Assembly (NCBI GenBank): GCA_001643675.2
Contig: LSRY02000014.1
Location: 310,001-374,000 of the forward strand
DNA length: 64,000 nt
Reading direction: 5' to 3'
Source of the DNA: Monocercomonoides exilis PA203
Lineage: Eukaryota > Protista > Preaxostyla
The translations under genes were made by a program, and so were the position numbers. How positions within the stretch are numbered: the first letter of the stretch is position 1; each line of letters opens with the position of its first letter. The notes beneath the pieces are model-generated. The model saw only the letters and a program-made list of their open reading frames with translations. It searched no databases and was not told the DNA's origin. Positions 60,601 to 64,000 of the stretch are shown here, in pieces.

Positions 60601-63600
60601 CTCTTACACCGTATGTGCCGTTTGCTGTAGATTTGTCTGGTGAATTATTTGACATTCTTTCTCTGTCCATAAAGTGGCTGTCAAAGGCATTTTCAACAAT
60701 AGACGACGAAAATAGCATATCAGTGAAATTGAACAGTACGACAGATTCTCCAGCTTCTTTCCCTTCGATGCTTTCTTCCTCTATTTATTCTGCATTGTCT
60801 TCTGTGCTGACAATTGCACAGACGAATATTCACTATGCAGGCCACAGCACTGTGCCAATAAACGAGACAGGATTTGTGAATCCTCAAAAGAACAGGCTTA
60901 TCGAAAGCGTCGAGAGCCTTCTTTCGAAGAACAAGAAAAATTCAAGTCGCATCAGCAAAATGGCGGAAAAGCTGAAGAGCGAAATCAAACCATCATCTGC
61001 ATGCTATTTGCAGCAGTCTGCCTTGAGAAGTACGACGAAAGAGATTGAACTTTGGCAGCAGGCGTCGAACGATATTGTTGCTTCTGCTACAAAAATTGTA
61101 TTGCTTACAACGTTAGAGTTCAATTCATCGAGTGAATCTTTGAAGTACATATCTGATATTCTTTCACACGAACAGAGTAAATCGACACTCGGTTCATCCG
61201 ATGAAACATCCGGTTTAATGGGAAGCGAGTGCTCTTCTTCTGCATCTGCATCTGTATCTGCATCCGCATCTGCATCTGCATCTGCATCCGCATGTGCATC
61301 TGCATCCAAAATAGTTATTGGCAGCAATTCATTAGACAAGAAATCAGCTTCTGATTATGCTGTTCGCCAGCTGGAGGCGATGCTTTATCCTCTTCGCTCA
61401 AAACTCGAGAATTTGATGCTTTGGATGCTTTCTGAACCCAAAAGGGATGCGTTGGCTCCACTTCCTTCATTCAAGATTCCAAATGCACAGGGAGCTGATG
61501 CAATGCTCTTGCAAACGGTGTCTGAGGCATTTGGAACAGGTACTAATTCAAAGATAACAAGAGAAGCAATCGATCTGATTGACAGAAGGAAAGGAGGGTG
61601 GGCTCATAGGAAAAATTTGATTGTTTTCTGGGACGCTGTGCTGAAAATGGAGCATAAGCAATCAGTTTCAATGCTCTTAAATACCATCAGAAAGAGCAAT
61701 CCTTCAATGGGTGGAATGTTAAGCAGCAGCGAGCAGGAAACAAAATCTGAGGATGAAAAAGAAATGAAACCATCTTCAAAAGAGGCGGAAGCTGCGGATA
61801 CTCTTTCCTTTAAAACGGACAGAGCGAATGAGGATGAAGATTCAGCTCGAAAATTCTTGTCACTCTTTCAAGGGATGCTCTTCTCATTGTTTTATCACAC
61901 AAAAAGAGAGAACAAGGAACAGGACCAATCTGCAAGCGGAGGAGTAAGCAAAAATAAACTAACAAATGCAAATGAAGCAGATGTGAACAAAGAGATGCCG
62001 GAAGATGTTGATGCATCGTTCAACAAAGTTTTCCCATATTTCGTCCATTATGCGTCTCAGCTTCTAACTCTTTCTTCAGATCTTCTTGATTCAGGCATAA
62101 ATGAGCTCTGCAGAATACGATATGAAAGGATACAGCTTATGAAGAAAAGAGTGAAATCAGAAGAAATGCCTGATAACCTCGGTTGCAGCTTCACTTCAAC
62201 AGAAATTGATGATATTCTGATCGTTCTGAAAAAGTCAAGTGTTGGTACGTTGTGTCAATCGTTGATTTTGTTGCTGTCGCTCATCACTTCAAACTCGCCG
62301 TCAGTTGCTTCTCTCATGGTCAAGCCTGTTTCTCGTTTTCTTTCGTCTTACAATAAATTCTTGAATGCATTGCTTGGGAAAGACAACGAAATGAATTTTT
62401 CAGACAGCGACTCAGAGAGCATTAATGAGATTAGCAATGCTTTTGCAAAGCGTAAGTCAGATGAACTGAGCCATTCAGAACTTGCTGTCTTGAAAAAAGT
62501 TACTCAGTCAATAAGTGCACCTAAGCCAACTCGCATAGAAACGAGACATCCATATGACAACGATCAGGATTGGAAGAAAACTGTGAAGGTGGATGAAGCT
62601 GTTGGATACAAGTTGCACTTCAATACAAAATGCGAGACAGAAAATAAGTACGATTGGATTCGAGTATTTGAGGTTGTGCAAAAGCCGAATGGCAAAGATG
62701 GAGAAGGCAGGGAACTGATGATGTGCACTGGAACCAACTTTCCAAAGAAAGACGTTCTTCTTATGAAAAAAGGCTTGGTTTTCCAATTTCACTCTGATGG
62801 AAGTGGTGTTGAGTGGGGCATAGAAATCGATGTGACACCAATAATGGGAGACAAAAAGGTTGTGTCCGAATGGTACGTCCAATTGAGCTATGAAATTGCG
62901 CAAATTCTGTCACTCTGCTTGAAGTGTATATGCAAGTTCGGCGTTGGAGAAAGCGCAAAAAGGGCGCATTTGAAAGGAGAAAAAGAGGAAGAAGAAGAAG
63001 ACGACGACGAAAATGCAAATAAAAAAACCGAAACTGAACCTTCTGATAAACCAGACGAGTCAACTGGCCAAGAAGAGGAAACGAATTCAGATTCTGATGA
63101 TCATTCATCCGAAGAAAGCTCACACTCCAGCCAAAATAATAACTCTGAAGGGAAGGACAAGGGAAAGGAAGAAAGTGCATCACTCTTCAGAACGTCTTAC
63201 ACAGACATCAATTTACTTTTGGAGCAGATGCGTATTGGCTCAAAAGTGAAAGGCAGATGGGAGAATGGAAGATGGCTGTGCTATGAAGATCCGTCCTCCT
63301 CTGCAAAGTCCAATCTGCGTGTTTACGTGTACGGCAAAAACGAGCTGGAAATCTGGGAAGGTTCTTTCTGCAGATCTGCGTTGCTTCTTCCTGAGGTTCA
63401 AGAAGCATGCGCAAGGCAACTATTTAGCAGAGGAGTTTCAGAGGCTGTTATTCAGTCTGTCGAAGCGGCATCGTCTTTGCTAAATAAAAACCTTTCAGTT
63501 TCTGTCGCAAAAGAATATGTCTCATCAATTGTCAAACAAGAACAATTTCTCGAAGGGAGTCGTTTGTGTGCTGAATCGATGCTTCTGAAGGAGATACTTA

Positions 63601-64000
63601 CAATGCCCGACTCCATCATTACAAGTTCATTGGATCTTGTTCGTGATTCAGTGAAAATAGCAGCACCTGCTTTAAAACTTCCTGAGCAGGCTAATTGCGA
63701 CACTCCTTCAACAGAACTTACTGCAAAATTGCTGATCAACAGTCTTCTCTTTGGCCCTTCTCAAACAGAAAAGCTAAAGTCAAATTACTCAAAATTGACT
63801 TCTCTCCCAACATTTGTGCCAGGCGAGCAGTTGGTCGATACGCTTTCTCTTGCTCAACCACCATTCCCAATGGGATCTCAGACAAAAGCAGCAGGAATGG
63901 AACTTCTGGGAATTGTTCTGGGAACAGTTCTTGCAGTTAGTTCGGCTGCATTAAAAGGAGCACTCGAACTCGCAAGAGATATGAGCAAGAAACTTGCGGA
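57627..64000 (+). CDS. 5' part of a giant protein resembling HECTD4/MYCBP2/ZZEF1-type E3 ligases (runs off right edge); exons 57627-57824 and 57897->64000
   Basis: Phase-0 intron 57825-57896. The frame reads sensibly at every point I checked up to the window end. Motifs YDGKYIY...GLLRRIGSGNFETMKG and CUB-like IETRHPYDN...LHFNTKCETENKYDW...FHSDGSGVEWG. The catalytic domain is not in the window. Confidence 0.6.

Noticed and set aside
57929-63940. Numerous short ORFs in the last 6 kb
   Set aside because: Shadows of one long plus-strand exon that the track omits because it has no stop inside the window.
1-64000. tRNA/rRNA genes, CRISPR arrays, alternative genetic code
   Set aside because: None recognised by eye (no covariance search was possible). 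TAA, TAG and TGA all terminate genes, and long ORFs read in the standard code.

Overview
AT-rich eukaryotic genomic DNA with short GT-AG introns, the standard genetic code and very large Ser-rich proteins. The style suggests an oxymonad or other metamonad protist such as Monocercomonoides (inference, not verified). The window holds two divergent DIRS-type tyrosine-recombinase retrotransposons. Element A (8334-13154, minus) has ITRs plus an internal complementary region (ICR) that spells the circle junction. Element B (19586-23975, plus) lacks an ICR, and its empty target site is preserved in a paralogous repeat near 992. The two elements share a 5' terminal hairpin, a candidate gag-to-RT -1 frameshift site and a non-canonical recombinase motif (Y-x-I-K in place of H-x-x-R). 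Host genes: two convergent copies of a giant beta-helix/TM/pseudokinase receptor family (one complete and intronless, one seen only at its 3' end) sharing a ~750-bp 3' flank; an 8-exon NEK-like pseudokinase-SPRY gene; VPS54; a UBA-domain protein; a ~3100-aa Zn(II)2Cys6 (GAL4-type) transcription factor whose zinc cluster is hidden by introns and which lies head-to-head with a fungal-type TRK K+ transporter; and the 5' part of a giant HECTD4/MYCBP2/ZZEF1-like gene. Intergenic DNA contains a ~1-kb long-TIR foldback element and a smaller hairpin element.
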